From the human T2T-CHM13v2.0 reference genome, Homo sapiens, in NCBI RefSeq assembly GCF_009914755.1, contig NC_060932.1: a stretch of DNA of 64,000 bases. The stretch is one strand, 5' to 3'. Below are positions 1 through 21,648 of the stretch, one piece after another. A model generated the notes under the pieces. It saw only the letters and a list, made by a program, of their open reading frames with translations. It searched no databases and was not told the DNA's origin. The position numbers and the translations under genes were made by a program. The stretch's first letter is position 1; every line of letters starts with the position of its first letter.

Positions 1-879
1 AGAGCACTTTTCTGCTGCACTGTTTCATTGGTATTTTTAGGGTACAAGATACTTGAATATTTATAATTTCTTATCCATTCTAGATGGGTTCCCCATTTCT
101 CTGTATGAATTTTAGCTGCAGTTTGAATTTATGTTTATAACCAAGGTCTTTCTTCTATTTGGCTTCAGTTTCCAGAGTTCACACTTCATTCAGCAGATTT
201 CCAACTTCTTTAAAATATTTACTTTTTTACCTTGGTCTCCGATTTCCTTCTGAATCAGAGCTATATTTTATAATCAAGGATCTACAGCCATTACAGCTTC
301 AGCCTTGAGTAAATAGGAGTTTGGCTTTTCATTTATTAAATATTTATTTAGTACTTTTTTATGTGCTAGGAATGGTGCTTGAAGGTCCACAAAATCAAAC
401 ATGCCCATCGGCCCAGATGTGTAAAATAAAACAAGAGCATGAGTCTGTAATGACCGATTGGCTGATTCCTGGAATTTGGAAGAGAGGCCTATGGGGAGAG
501 TCCTGCCATGTAGTAGTAGTAGTAGTGCCGAGAACACTTAAGAACTAACGCCTTTTTAACTTCTATTAGATTCCTGCCAGGCAAAGTGGGCTCTGTTCTC
601 CATACATACACCTTTGTCATGTAATGCATTTTGATGAGCACGCTGGCCTTTACATTTAGTATCAGTGACATCTGAGAGTCTTAGTTGAAGTATAGCATAT
701 CCCTAGATTTTATGTTTCACTACTATGTTTATTTTTTGTGAAAATATATTATGCTTAATGCTGACATGGCAGAAAAAAAAACATTTTAAAAACTTACTTG
801 GAAATAATTCCAAACTTTCAGAAAGGTTACGAAATTCAAAGCAGGACAAACACCTCTATACCCTTTATCCAGATTCATC

Positions 880-2880
<2,001 letters not shown>

Positions 2881-4522
2881 CAGAACAGTTACTGGCTTTA
2901 GTAAATTTAACTTTGATAGAACAATTTCATCTAATTTTCCATTCATATTCCAATTTTGTCAGATGACCTAATAATGTCTACAGTATCATTTTTCCCTTCC
3001 AGTATAGGATCTGATCTTGGGTCATGTACTTAATTGTCTTGTCTCTGTAGTTTGTTTTAATCTGGAACATTTCCGTAGCTTTTTTTAGCCCTTTATGACA
3101 TGTATATTTTTGAAGAGTATCCCCCCGACCTCGTCTTTTTAAAACACTAATTTTGGATTTGTCTGATGTTTTGTCATGATTAGATTGAAGTTATGGATTC
3201 TTAGCTGGCAGCCATACTTCATAGGTGGTATGTCCTTCTCAGAGTATCACATGTAGAGGCACAATTCGTCTACCTGTCCTTTATGGCACTGTTAATTTTT
3301 ATTACTTAGTCACAATTTTGCCTGGTTTTCCCACTGTATAATTCTGCTTGCAGTAATCAACAGTTTTTGAGGAGACATTTTAAGACTGCAAATATCCTGC
3401 TCCTCATCAAAATTTCTCCCTAAACTTAGTAGCCATTAATGGTTCTTGTCTGATTCAGTCTTTACTCTTATAGTTGCAAAATGATAACTTCTCAACTTCA
3501 GTACTTGGTCCACATTTACCAGTTGGCACTTAGTATTCTGCTATAAGAATGAGCTCTTATTTTCCTATATTTATTTGTTTATTAATTATTGGTGTAGACT
3601 CATGATTTCTTGTTTTTTACAGTTTATAATTCACTCATGTACTGATTTTGGTGTTCAGGTTGTCCCAGCTTTGGACAGCGGAAACTCCTTCACAGCGGCT
3701 GCTATGTCCTTGTGACACGCTTCCGTCATTTTTTGGAGCACTTTCTTATTTTCTGACACAATAAGATATTCTAGGATCCTTTTGAATCTCTCCCCTGCCT
3801 CACCTTTGGAATCGCCCATTTCTCGAGAGCCCTGATTCCTTTAAGGAGAATGGTAGTAGAGACAAGTGTCTGGGCACTAGGTGAGCTCTTTCCTACTGGA
3901 GTGTCTTTACTTGCTAAGGTAACAATTTACCATGTGGATTATTTTTGTTGGAGTTTTAGTTACTCTATTTTTCGAGGAGTGGTTATTTTTGCTAAATAGA
4001 ATCTTTATCCTGTGGAAAACAATTTGCGTATAATGAGTAAGTATAGAAGTCAGGGTGGCTAGGCACAGTGGCTCATGCCTATAATACCAGCACTTTGGGA
4101 GGTTGAGGCAGGAAGATAATTTGAACACAGAAGTTCAAGACCAGCAACATAGGGAGACCCTGTCTCTACAATTTAAAAAAATAAAAAAGTCAGGGTATAT
4201 CACTTAATAGAGAAGCTCAGTACTTAATGCTTAATTCTGGTTTTGTTTTGTTTGAAAGTGGAATTGTTAAATTATTAGCAGTATAGGAAAAAAAGACAAG
4301 TTAGTAGAAAAGTATTAGAAGTATAGTCTTATAAATGTTTTGAAATATTTTCTAGGGACATTTTCTTTTTCCCTGATACTTCTTTAACATAGCTGTCTAT
4401 ATGGTGATGTTATTACAAATGTTCCCTTACTTAGTTTTGTATTTGGTTTGTTCATTTTATTCAGATCTACAGAAGTCATTTCTAGTACTTTCTAAAAACT
4501 TATAATGCTCTTTGTTTTTTAG

Positions 4523-4579
4523 GCTGTTAAAAGACATAATCTGACTAAAAGATGGCTTATGAAAATCGTCGATGAAAGA
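4523..4579 (+). CDS. NDUFAF6: NDUFAF6 coding exon 4 (AVKRHNLTKRWLMKIVDER), complex I assembly factor 6
   Basis: tttgttttttag acceptor, gtgagt donor, 57 nt, phase 0-0. The translation matches the recalled human NDUFAF6 protein. Confidence 0.97.
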
Positions 4580-5519
4580 GTGAGTCAAAATTGTTCAAGT
4601 CTTAAGTTTTTTCTTCCTGTTTAATTCTTAAGCTAATTCTTCAAGAAGGACATTTTTTGACTGTATATTAATATTTTGGAGGAAGGAAACTTTTAGAGAA
4701 TTATGCCATTTTATTCATACTTTACCCTTGCATGCTACCCCCCATACCCTCACATTGAGACAGACAAGCACCAAGGCAGAGGCATGTGTATGCACAACCA
4801 CACTCCACTATTTTGGTTTTTTCAAAAGGAAATTTTCATACTTACATAAAAGTAGAGAGACTACTCTACATGTGTAGAGTATCTGGTGACATGTTAAAGA
4901 AAATCCCAGACATCTTATCATTTGATTTGTAAATACATATATATCTTAAAAAGATAAAGACAAAAAACATAGCCATGATATGATTATCATACCTTAAAAA
5001 TTACTAATTATTCCTTAATATCATCAAATACTTGATTAGTCATACACATACCTTTAAATATACCCCAGTACTTGGATCGGTGTCTAAATAGTAGAGGGCA
5101 TAAAGAAAGTCTGACAGTTCCAGTGAATGGAATCCTGTACTAAATTCTTAGAACTGAGTTCTAGGTCCAGCCAAGTCAGTGAATTGCTGTGTGACCTGGC
5201 CTAACATGTGTGACCTTTCTGATGCATTGTTAGGTCTGTGTTCCCCTTGGCCTGATATTAATTACATGCTGTTGTCATGGAAATATGTAAGTTTACTTAG
5301 TTTATTTAGATAGTTTGCTAACTATAGGCTGTAGCAATAACAAGAAGAAGCCAAAAAGATATATTAGCTAAGAAGACCTATTTTCAGGTGTCATCTTTTC
5401 TGTTTTACAAGGTAAAGAAAATTAGGGAACTCAAGACAGAGATACCATTTTAGTTTAATGAAAAATAACACTTGGCTTTTGAAGGGGGGGATATTTAAAA
5501 GTAAAGAACTGTGAACAAA

Positions 5520-7350
<1,831 letters not shown>

Positions 7351-7424
7351 AAAACCATAAAGGATGCATTTTTTTTCCTGGAATCATTGCTGATGTCATT
7401 TTCTTTTTTTTTTTTTTTTTTTGA

Positions 7425-7616
<192 letters not shown>

Positions 7617-8497
7617 TAGGCTGGTCTTGAACTCCTGACCTCAGGTGATCTGCCCATCTCGGCCTCCCAAAGTGCTTGGATTACAGGCATGAGCCACCGC
7701 ACCCAGCCTCTTTTTTTTTTTTTTAAACCCTGCATGTGGCATTTGATGCTGGTGTTAGTTTTTTCTGATTTTAAAGAGGGTGAAATAGGGGATAATATTT
7801 TGCCCTAATAATAGTCTTTGTAAAAGTGGCTAAGTGTTCTCGCTATTAGATTCTCATTTTTCTGTTTCTTGCATATAGTGTATCTAGGGAATCAACCCTG
7901 TTATTTTATTGAGCATGGTTTCTTTTTAGGGGATGAGGTGGGCACTGGTTTCTGTTTTCTTTTTCTAGGTACCTTTTCCTCATTGAGCATGTAGATTCAA
8001 GAGTCAAATATGTGGGTTCCCGTCCCCACCATTTATTTATTAACTGTGTGTCTTTGGACATGTTAATGTGTCCATGCCTCAGTTTCTTCATTTGTAAAAT
8101 GGGAAAAGTATTAATTCCTTATCTCTTGGAGGGGGGGTTGTTTGGGTTAAGAAGATAATGTCTAAAGTGCCTACGTAATGTCTAAAGTGCCTATGTAAGA
8201 GCTCAGTAAAGTCAGTTTATTTTGATAACTTGGGCTTCAGATGAAATTTAAAAAAAATGCCATGTCCATGGTGATTTGTATATTGAGGTTATTCCTGATG
8301 TCTTATTTTGAGGTGGTGATTTCAAAGTATTGAATGTGTAGAACTTCAATATTGTAATGTTTTATCTTATTGTGTACTAAATAACATATACTGAATATTT
8401 TTATTCGTTATTCAGTTCTTTGGGGCAAAAAACAGCACCTTTTCTTTCTAAAATATTGACAGTTCAACAGACTTTATTTGCATTTTATTTGATGTAG

Positions 8498-8674
<177 letters not shown>

Positions 8675-8852
8675 TAATCTAACCAGTTTAGCACTAAAGC
8701 CTTCCTTTATACTATCTGTAAAGGAACAGTTTTTTTTGTTATTATTATTAGCAAGAAGAAGAATTTATATCTCTTTCTTTGTAATGCAGAGTAATCCAAG
8801 ACTCAGGCTCTCATACAACTACTTTACCTCATGGGAATGTTGAAATTAATAA

Positions 8853-9141
<289 letters not shown>

Positions 9142-9846
9142 TAGCTGGGACTACAGGGACGTGCCACCACGCCCAGCTAAATTTTGTACTTTTAGTAGAG
9201 ACGAGGCCAGAATGGTCTCGATCTCTTGACCTCGTGATCTGCCCGCCTCGGCCTCCCAAAGTGCTGGGATTACAGGCGTGAGCCACAGTGCCTGGCCTAA
9301 AACTGCATTTATAAAAGTTTTTGAGATTTTTCTTTCTCTGCTTTTTTAAAAACAAAATTTTGATGGTAGGATTTCTTCTCTGACTTTGTTGCCAGTTAGT
9401 GAGGTCTTATTGAAATAAGGAAATTATTTGGGCCAAGGACAATACCATCTCATTTGAAGAAGGTAATATATATCTCTATACCTCCCTAAAAGAATAATAC
9501 AAGTCCCCATTGCATCTCCCAGGCCTATTCTGGCCCACAGCTCTGGTGACATGTTTGCCATCACAATGAAAGGAGGGAGCAAAGAGTAGAATGTTTGTTA
9601 AGCATATTCTTAAAATGAGATCATATGGAAATTGCACAGAGGAGAAGAAATGGAAGACTTGTAAAGTTTTTCCATGATAGCCGATTAAAATTCTAAATGT
9701 GTTCTTAGTGTGCTGTAGTCTGAGGAAAACTCTTATTTAAAAGTTGAGATTGAGATTTAGATATCTGCTAGTGGTAAATGGTCAACTTGTTATTGTGCCC
9801 AGTTTTTCACTCATAAATCCTGTTTTTCAGATGTAAAACAGGATAA

Positions 9847-10089
<243 letters not shown>

Positions 10090-10438
10090 TAATTTGTACC
10101 TTTGAATAATTTACCTCAGGAATATGGGGAAGGAAGTTATCTTTTGCTTTTTTGCTTAGTCTATTCAAGTAATTGCTTTGAAAGGAATGCTTATTGCTTA
10201 CTAAAAATGGCCTTCCTCTTTTTATCCCAGAGTTATCAAGTCAGAATTGTGTCCATCAGGCATTTTAGGTCTCTGGAGGAGCAATGAGTAGGAAGGTCTA
10301 GAGAACCTCATTTGGTATAGCTTCATGTTGATGCCTTGCTCCCTTCCAAACAACTGCAGTAATTATTCCTAGCGTTCACCTTAGCCTGTTCTTTATTTTA
10401 TTTTATTGGAGTAAGTCATTTTAAATATCTGTTTATGA

Positions 10439-11160
<722 letters not shown>

Positions 11161-11385
11161 CTTGTTGCATGTTCCAGGTGTCACTCTCTCATTTTTGTTT
11201 TTTTTTCTCTCTCTCCACACATGCACACACACGCACGTGCTCACATACATTTCTAAAGACAAAATAGGCATTAAACTGTACATACTGTTCTGTCACGTGT
11301 TCTCTTGTGCTAAGTTAGTTTTAATTGTTAGTTTAATTTTCTTTCCTAGGTGAACTGTTGGAAGGAAGTGCTTTTAGGTTCCTAA

Positions 11386-11547
<162 letters not shown>

Positions 11548-14500
11548 TAATCATTTCTAGATGTGGCTCTTCTTAGAACATGGTTATGATATTCCCAACT
11601 TGGCAGTCTTTTTTCCATTTTTCATTGATTTCCCAGTAGATTTATCTCGGAGTCTGTTGTAAACTTTTTTCACTTAAAAAAGTCCCTCCCCCCACCTCAC
11701 AGCATATGAATGCGTTCTCTACTGAGTAAATCAAGCCTGAGCTTTCTCATGTGGGCTCCTCTGTGCTCCATCCACTTCTCTCTTGGAAGACAGGGTGTCT
11801 TTCTGCCTTCCAAGGCTGATGCCTCTCGTCCCCCTCCCAGGGGCTGCACCCTCAGCCACCCCCAGCTGGTGTTTTCAGTTTGCTTCTCTGATAGGTGGCC
11901 TCTTTTATCTTCTGGTTTGTTGCTGCTGCCTTCTGAATTTACAGGCAGCCTGTGGATCCTTCTGTTGGTATTTTTCTCTCCTAGGTGAACTCTTGGAAGG
12001 AGGTGGTCGGCATTCACTGTTACCTCGGGCCCTTTCCACCTTGGCACTGCTCATCATGCTATGATTTGGCTCCTATCCTGCCCACTCTAATAAACAATCA
12101 CGAGTTTGGCAGTTCTCCTTATTGCCAAATTTAATGGTCATTTACAACTCGTTTTCCTGAACTCTTCTTCTTTTTTTGACACCATAGACGTCTCTCTCTG
12201 TGTCACTTTCTGATTTTTCTTCCATTGATTCTCTGACTTGGCTCCTGAACTGGTTCCTGATTTCTCCTGCCTGTCACTTTAGTTGTTCCCTAAGAGTTGG
12301 TTCTTCACCTCTTAACTTTTCCAGGACTTTTGTTTGGAATTTGACACTGTTGACTATACACCTCTTTCTTGAAATTGTCTGTCATTCATCTCCATGGTGT
12401 TATTCCTTTCTGGTTCTCCTTGAAATGTGTCTTGATTTCAGTGGCTCTTGAAGACTTGGTGGAAACTTTCTATTTCCTTAGCTCCCATAATGCTAATTTT
12501 TCCTGGTACTTCTTGTGAACCTTTTCTTTTTTTTAGCCTTCAGTAGATTCTAAAGAGTTGGACACTTACCTGCATACCACAGGGCTTTTGCACTTGCTGT
12601 TTTTCCTGCTTCTTCCCCTGTACCCCACCTCCACTCCAGTTAGTGCTCAAATGTCACCTTATCACAAAAGTCTTCCCTGGCCACGTTACCTAAAATAACA
12701 TCTTCCTTTTCCATCACCCTCAGTCTCCTTACCTGGCTTAGTGCTTTTCACTACCTGACATTAAAAGTTTGCTTATTGCCTCCCCACTTCATTGGAATGT
12801 AAGTTACTTTGTTTGATTCTGTTGTATATTCTTCAGCATCTAAAGTACCTGGTACATTATGGGCACTCAGTAAATACTTGTGAAATATTAAATACGTAAG
12901 TAATCAGATTGTAAGCTCTTTGAGGGCAAAGACTATCTTCAGCTTCTTTTTAATTTCATGAATATCTAACAGTTCTCGGCCCTGACAGAGGTATAGATAA
13001 AATACATGGAACTTTAGATGAGAAATTACTTAGGACTAACTAGCAGAGTTTTGGGTAAGATCTGAGCACACTACAGAATCATGAGAGGCAGGAAAGCTTT
13101 GTGTGGAACCTGAGCAGTCCCAGTCAATGGACATGTAAGGCACCTAAGAAATACCGATTCCCAGGCCTCACTCCCTGGAGACTGGGGTAGTAAATCTGGG
13201 ATGGGGCCAGGAATTAAAATTTCCAAATGATTTTAAACAGCCAGATTTGAACACCACTGGTGGTGTATGGGTTATGCGAAACATGGTCCTGGGAGATAGG
13301 TTTGGAATGGTGGATTGAAGAGATTATGGAGTTGTAGAGGCTTTTGAGAGGCATTAGAGTATTGTGGATGAGAGTGCAAACTCTGGAACCAGAAGCCTGA
13401 CTTTAAATCCTAATTCTGCCATTTACTAATCATGTAATCTTAACCTCTCTGTGCTTTAGTTTCCTCATCTGTAGTAGTGGATCATTTTAGCACCCAGCTT
13501 AAAGGGTTATTTGGATAAATGAGTTAACATATATGAAGAGTTTATAATGAAGTGCAGCATATTGTACATGAAATATGTTAGTTTTCATCATCATCATCAA
13601 ATAAAGCAGTGATATGAGTGTTGCAGAATAGGAAACCCTGCTAGCAGTGTTTGACGAGAGTTTAGAGGTTGGGTGATCAGTTAGGAGACTTAGGAGAGGA
13701 AGAAAGAGTGTCTGATTTAGAGACAGTAGATGTTTATGTGTATATACATTTATATATATATGTATACATACGTGCCCACACATAACAAGTAGAATCCCAC
13801 ACGTAACAAGGCTTGATAACTAATTGGATTGTGGCAAGACCAGATAGAGGGAAAGTTGAAGGTTGCATGAAGAATTCAAGTATGGCACTTTGATGGTGCC
13901 ATTCAAAAGCTACAGTGACAACGGAAACTAAAGGTATGTTTGGTGTGGATCATTAGACTTTGGACTAGCTGCTTGACATAATTGAATTTGAGGGGATTAG
14001 AAGGAGATGGACTATTAAAAAAATGCAGGATTGTGACTTAAAGGAAGTCAGGACTAAAGATGATATATTTGGGAGTCATCCACATAAAAGGCTTATAATT
14101 AAGGCTCCAAGTTTGGATGGTGTTGCTGAAGGAGAATGTACAGAGGACCAGGGGCAGAACCCCAAGGCCCACTTCTGTTTACAAGGTAAAAGGAGAAAGG
14201 GCCATTTATTAGGAGGAAAGAGAAGGAAAGAATGTTCAGAGGAATAGAACTGAGAGCCAGTGTCTTGAAAATCAAGGGAGGAGAAGATTTAAGAAAGAGG
14301 AGTATCAGAGTTTTACATGCTACAGAGAGATTGAAGAGAAAAGATAGATGTGGTGATTAGTAAATCATGGATGATCATAGAGTAATTTCAGTAGATGGTT
14401 GGGGGTCAAACTGGAGTATAATGGGTTAAGAAGTAAGTCAGGAAGTAGAGGGCTCTTCCTGGTGTTAGGGACAATATAAATGAAGACATGGAGACAGGAG

Positions 14501-15126
14501 TGGGCTTGGCGAACACAGGATGATGGGCATCAGCCTGAGTGACCAGGTGTTCGTAGCTCAGAGTGGTAGGGAGTTAGGTTGGATGGACGAGGTTAGAGTC
14601 AAGATGTGGAGGCCTTTGAATTCCAGGATGAATTGTTGAAACTTGACCTATCAGGGAATTAAAGAAGGTAAAAATGAAATGATGATGTGAGGACATTAAT
14701 TTGTCCGGCTGCGTGGAACGAATTAAAGGTCAGGGAACACAGGCAAGATCACCTAGGAGGGTCTTACTCATTTAAACAGGAGAGAAAGTCAGTCTAAGCT
14801 AGGGGTGCACAGGACTTGGTAATGCAAGTATTTCTTCATTTTCCCCTTACCACAGAGCTGGGGAGTCAAAATTATTATGAGATATTGTAAGGTCGCTGGA
14901 AAATGCTAAAGCCAATCTGTAAGAAAGGATGGAATTTTTACTACAGTAGTTACTTTTTCCTGAGTCCTTTAGGCCTAGGAAACTAATCTTAATCTGCAGG
15001 AGATGAGCTGTTTTCTTGCATTTGAGAGAGGCCCTATCAGTATTGTTAAACTGCTGGTGTTGCTTTCAGAGGGAGAGTGTTTATTTGCTTAATTTTGAAC
15101 GAGCTTCCTCTCCTCTTCCTTTTTAG

Positions 15127-15183
15127 GCTAGGTCCTTTCACAAAACTGTTCCTGTGAAAGCATTTCCTGCTTTTCTTCAGACG
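15127..15183 (+). CDS. NDUFAF6: NDUFAF6 coding exon 8 (ARSFHKTVPVKAFPAFLQT)
   Basis: Long pyrimidine tract + tag acceptor, gtaagt donor, 57 nt. Confidence 0.97.
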
Positions 15184-16564
15184 GTAAGTAGATTAACAGA
15201 GAAGGCTGTATAATTAGTGAAGCAGATGTGTATGATCTGTTTTTATATTTTATAAAGTTCCCAATGAACTTCTTTAGTTCGGAGCCTTTGTTTTTGTTTC
15301 CCTCCCTCATGGCGGCTTTCATTAGTTACTGATGCTTTTGCTGAGGGCCATTTCTGTATTTCTCAGAGGCAGGTGAGCTGAGTTTTTAGCACGGACTTTG
15401 CAGCCAGATTGCATTGGCTTGAATCTGTTTTGCCCCTTACTAGCAATGGGACCTTAAATTCCTTAAGAACCACATTCCTCAGTTTACTCTTAGGTGAAAT
15501 GGGAATAATAGGAGAAACTACTTTGTGGGATTGTTAGGCTGCTTATAGCTATATAAGTATTACTATTCTGTTCATTTTTTTTTCCATTGTGACCTGACCG
15601 TATTGTAGCACCAGTTCCAGAACAGTGGTTCATAGCCCACTGCTGAGCTGGTTGCAGTGGGGTAACCTGGAAAACTTTTTAAAAATATAGATTCCTGGAG
15701 TCTTCTTTTTTAGTAAGACTTTTGGGATTGAGGAGGAGGCCAGTTCCTAGGAGAATCTGTGATTTTAAGAAGTTCCCCAGGTGATTCTGATGCGTAGACA
15801 GGTTTGGGAACTGTTGTTCTAAAACTACATAGAGAAGTGATAATTGCTACCAGTTACTTAGAACCTTTTATGAGACAGGGCTTGGGTTAGGTCATTCCAT
15901 CATTATTCCTAGTCTTCCTAGCAAAAATATGGTTACTTCATTTTATAGATAGAAACGAAGGTTCAAAGATTTGTAATCTTTGAAAATTGTAAACTTACAC
16001 ATTTTCTGTAATACCAAACATATCTTCTACCTTTTCCCCTGAAATATACTTAGAAATTCATTTCAATCCCTTCACACCCTCTGTCTTAGTGTTCAGGTCT
16101 GTATGTGAGAAGTCATTTTGCTTCTTAATTGAGCTTTTGCTAATTATAAAAGTAGTACATTAATATTTTAAATTTTCGTAGTGTAAGAGAATACAAAAGA
16201 AGAAATCAGAGTTCTCACAATTCTACCGTATCTAGAGATAATGTCTGTTCATCTTTCTGAACCTTTCATATACATATAATCATACATGTATTTTGTGTAT
16301 GTCAACATGTTATTCTGTATCACCCTGTTTAGTGGTTATCTGATGGATATACCATCAGCTGTTTAACATACTAAGTAAGCTTCGTAAAGGTTAAGGACTT
16401 TGTTTTATTAACTTCTGTGGAAAAAGGTGGTTCTCAACCCTGGCTGCCCATTAGAATCACTTGGAGAGCTTTAAAAAGACCTAAACAATGCTTGGCCTCC
16501 CCGTTCCAGACCAATTATATTGGTGGACCCAGGCATTGATACTTTTTAAAAGCTTCCCGTTTTA

Positions 16565-17745
<1,181 letters not shown>

Positions 17746-18166
17746 TGAGGTGCTGCTTCTGTCGTACACCCTCATTCCAGCTTGGACAGGGCCTCTTAAT
17801 TGTTTTATATATGGGGCATCTGTTAATTATTTTGTTCAAGGAAAGGATTTGCAGTTTAAAAACTCTTTGAATATGACTAATCTAGGTATGGTATATTCTT
17901 CATAGATGAGGTTTCAAGAATTCATATTCAGAAATTTATAATGTCTTTGAGAGTTTCACAATCAATTTGTTACTCAGTTTATTTACCATCAGCCAGACTT
18001 TCCTTTGAACCAAAGCCTGATGTAAAAATACCCACTTGAGCTCTAATTTTGAGGTCACATTTCCTTGGTATTTTAATGGAATTTTCTCCTAATCCTAAAA
18101 GCAATACATTTTCGTAGTAAAGATTTGGACAATATAAACAGTATTAGGAGAAAATAGCAATCACCC

Positions 18167-18277
18167 ATGCTTGCTTTGGCAGCACATATACTAAATTTGG
18201 AATGATACAGAGAAGATTAGCATGGCCCCTGCACAAGGATGACACACAAATTCATGAAGCATTCCATTAAAAAAACA
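18167..18277 (+). pseudogene. Full-length U6 snRNA retropseudogene with A tail
   Basis: atgcttgctttggcagcacatatactaaatttggaatgatacagagaagattagcatggcccctgcacaaggatgacacacaaattcatgaagcattccat aligns end-to-end with U6. A-rich tail, aatcacc duplicated on both sides, no PSE/TATA upstream. Confidence 0.96.
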
Positions 18278-19189
18278 AAATCACCTATAATTCTAACACC
18301 AAAAGATAACTGCTAGTCATTCTGGGGTTTTTGGAAATGAATTTTTATGTTTAGTTGAAATTACACTTCATGTTAGTGTACTGTTTATTGAGCATTTTTT
18401 TGAATCATTAAAAAAAGTATAAATATAACACTTAATAGCTATATAATATCTATTATGTGTCTATACCTTAATTTTGTTAACTATTCCTTATAATTAAATG
18501 TCATAAAGCTATTAAAATTAGCATAATTCTTACAGATAGCAAGTTGATCACAGTATATTAAGGGATAAAAAAGCAAGTTACAGAACATGAAATAGCATGA
18601 GCTTTCTTTGCAGAGAAAGGGAGCATCTGAAAGGAAGTACACTAAAATATTTTCAAAACCAAGAGAACATGTGAAAGAAAGTACACTGAAATATTTTCAA
18701 AGTTTTTTATTCTCTTTTAAACTTGTTAATATTTGCTATATATTAAATGAATATATCTGTCTAGGTATATATATTGCAATGTATAGCATAATAAACACCG
18801 ATGAACTTACCACTCGAGCCAGGAACTAGTCTGTCACCATTAAATTGGACTCAAGTTTTTCCCATCTCATTTCCCTGCCACTGCCTTCATTTTTAGGTAG
18901 CTCTCCTCAATTTTGTGCATATTATTTCCTTGCTTTTATTCCAAGAAGTCTTTCATCATTTTATATATTCCTGAACAACATATTGCTTAGTTTTGTTTTT
19001 GAGCTTTATAAAAACGGATCATTTTCTATTGATGTCTTCTAGGACATGTACACACTCTTAATGTTTCTGAGATTTGTACATATTACTGTATCTACCTATA
19101 GTACCTTCACTTCACTGTAGTATAATATTAATATTTCATTGTACAAACGATTCCTCTTTTTTTCGATCAAAGAATTTCTGGATTGTTTT

Positions 19190-20049
<860 letters not shown>

Positions 20050-20741
20050 TTATGTGGACGAGGAGGTCTCGTGCCGCTTAGAAAGGTGGAGCACAAAACT
20101 AAGTGACCTGCCTGTTTAACAAAAATGTTATTAAAATGAAATAAAAATTTATAAATTAATCAAGACAATTGAAAGCCAAAAAAGAAAGATACTGCACATC
20201 GTTGGTGTTTTCTATCCTGCTGCTATCCTTGTAAAAACTTTGTCAAGTTTTTTGTGGTGGGGAAAGGATGGGGTGATAATTTTGCCTGGTTGAAAATCAT
20301 GTGCTCTAGCAACAACGTGGAGACCTGTTCAACTTCTTCACAAAATAATTTCTTAAAAGACAACTTGAGCTCCCCCTCATGGTACACTACATTTGGGGGG
20401 TCGGGGTGGGGATGTTTCATTTTCCCTGATTGAAACAGCCTGTTTGCATTCCACCAAATCTAGTAATAAGGCCAGGCAAACGTGATTTTGCTAATCCTTT
20501 TGTCTTAACCAAAGCTTTTTATATTATGAGCAGAAGAGGCTTGGCTTTTCTGGTACTAGCTCTGTGATACCCTTTTACTGGTCTAATAGAAACTTCTTGG
20601 ATGTCTTTTTCTTTCTCTCTTTTAAAATTCTCACTTAAATAGAAAACCATCTCAGGGAAACTAAAATAGCCTAAATACTTGTAATTATTCTTTAGTTAGT
20701 TTTTTTTTTTTTTAAGTCTTGATCATTTTATGATCTGGTGA

Positions 20742-20891
<150 letters not shown>

Positions 20892-21642
20892 AATAATTTC
20901 ATGGCACTGATGTTAATTCTAGTCTATTAGTTTTATAAAAGTTAGGATTCTTATTTAGGAACAACAGGAAATGACTGTTAAGGAGAAAATGAATTTATTG
21001 AATGGGATGTCAAGTAGCTCACAAAATTGAGAAGTTGCCGTGGGACTAGGGTGCCAAGACTGCTGAGATTCTGGCAGAGGCACTGCCATTGGCACCCCTG
21101 GCCCAGACAGTGTCTGCTGTGCTGTCCCTGGAAGCTGGAGCTCCAACAGGGAATATTGGTGTAGCTGTGCATAGGCCATAAGCCACACTTGAGCCAGTGG
21201 GCAGGGAGAAGGAATGTCATTCTCCCTTCACCACTGGGGAAGGAAAGGGGAAAGGGCTCAAGTTATCATAGGGGCTTACATGCTGAGCAGCTATAACCTA
21301 GGTGTTCAGAACACCTGGAAGATGCATTTATTTAGGGGTCACAAATAGTGAAATTAATATTTGAGGAATATCAGTCACGTGTTGTGGGCTTTTATCCTTA
21401 ACGTTTAATTTTTACAATCTTGTGTAAAAATTTATCCATGATAATAACATAACTTCTTTAAGGTTGGAGTGGCTGGCAAGAGCAGAGCCTTAATTTGACT
21501 TTAGCTCTGGCTGGTCTGGAAGCTTTTACTTTTTTGTTAATCCCACTTCCTCACTCTGTCATTCAGCATTATCATGATCGTGAACAAAATTGTACTGAGA
21601 AAGTTTGTATAAGTGATATGAACGGTATTGTATTGAACATCC

Positions 21643-21648
21643 ATTAAA
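21643..21648 (+). terminator. NDUFAF6: Probable NDUFAF6 polyadenylation signal (ATTAAA); 3' UTR ~20892-21665
   Basis: ATTAAA with upstream TGTA motifs and a downstream TG/T-rich tract. Confidence 0.65.

Noticed and set aside
4863-4882. Short inverted repeat tactctaca-tg-tgtagagta
   Set aside because: 9-bp stem inside an old L1 fragment; compatible with chance or a repair scar
8156-8198. 20-bp tandem duplication taatgtctaaagtgccta(c/t)g
   Set aside because: Simple slippage within a MIR; no further structure
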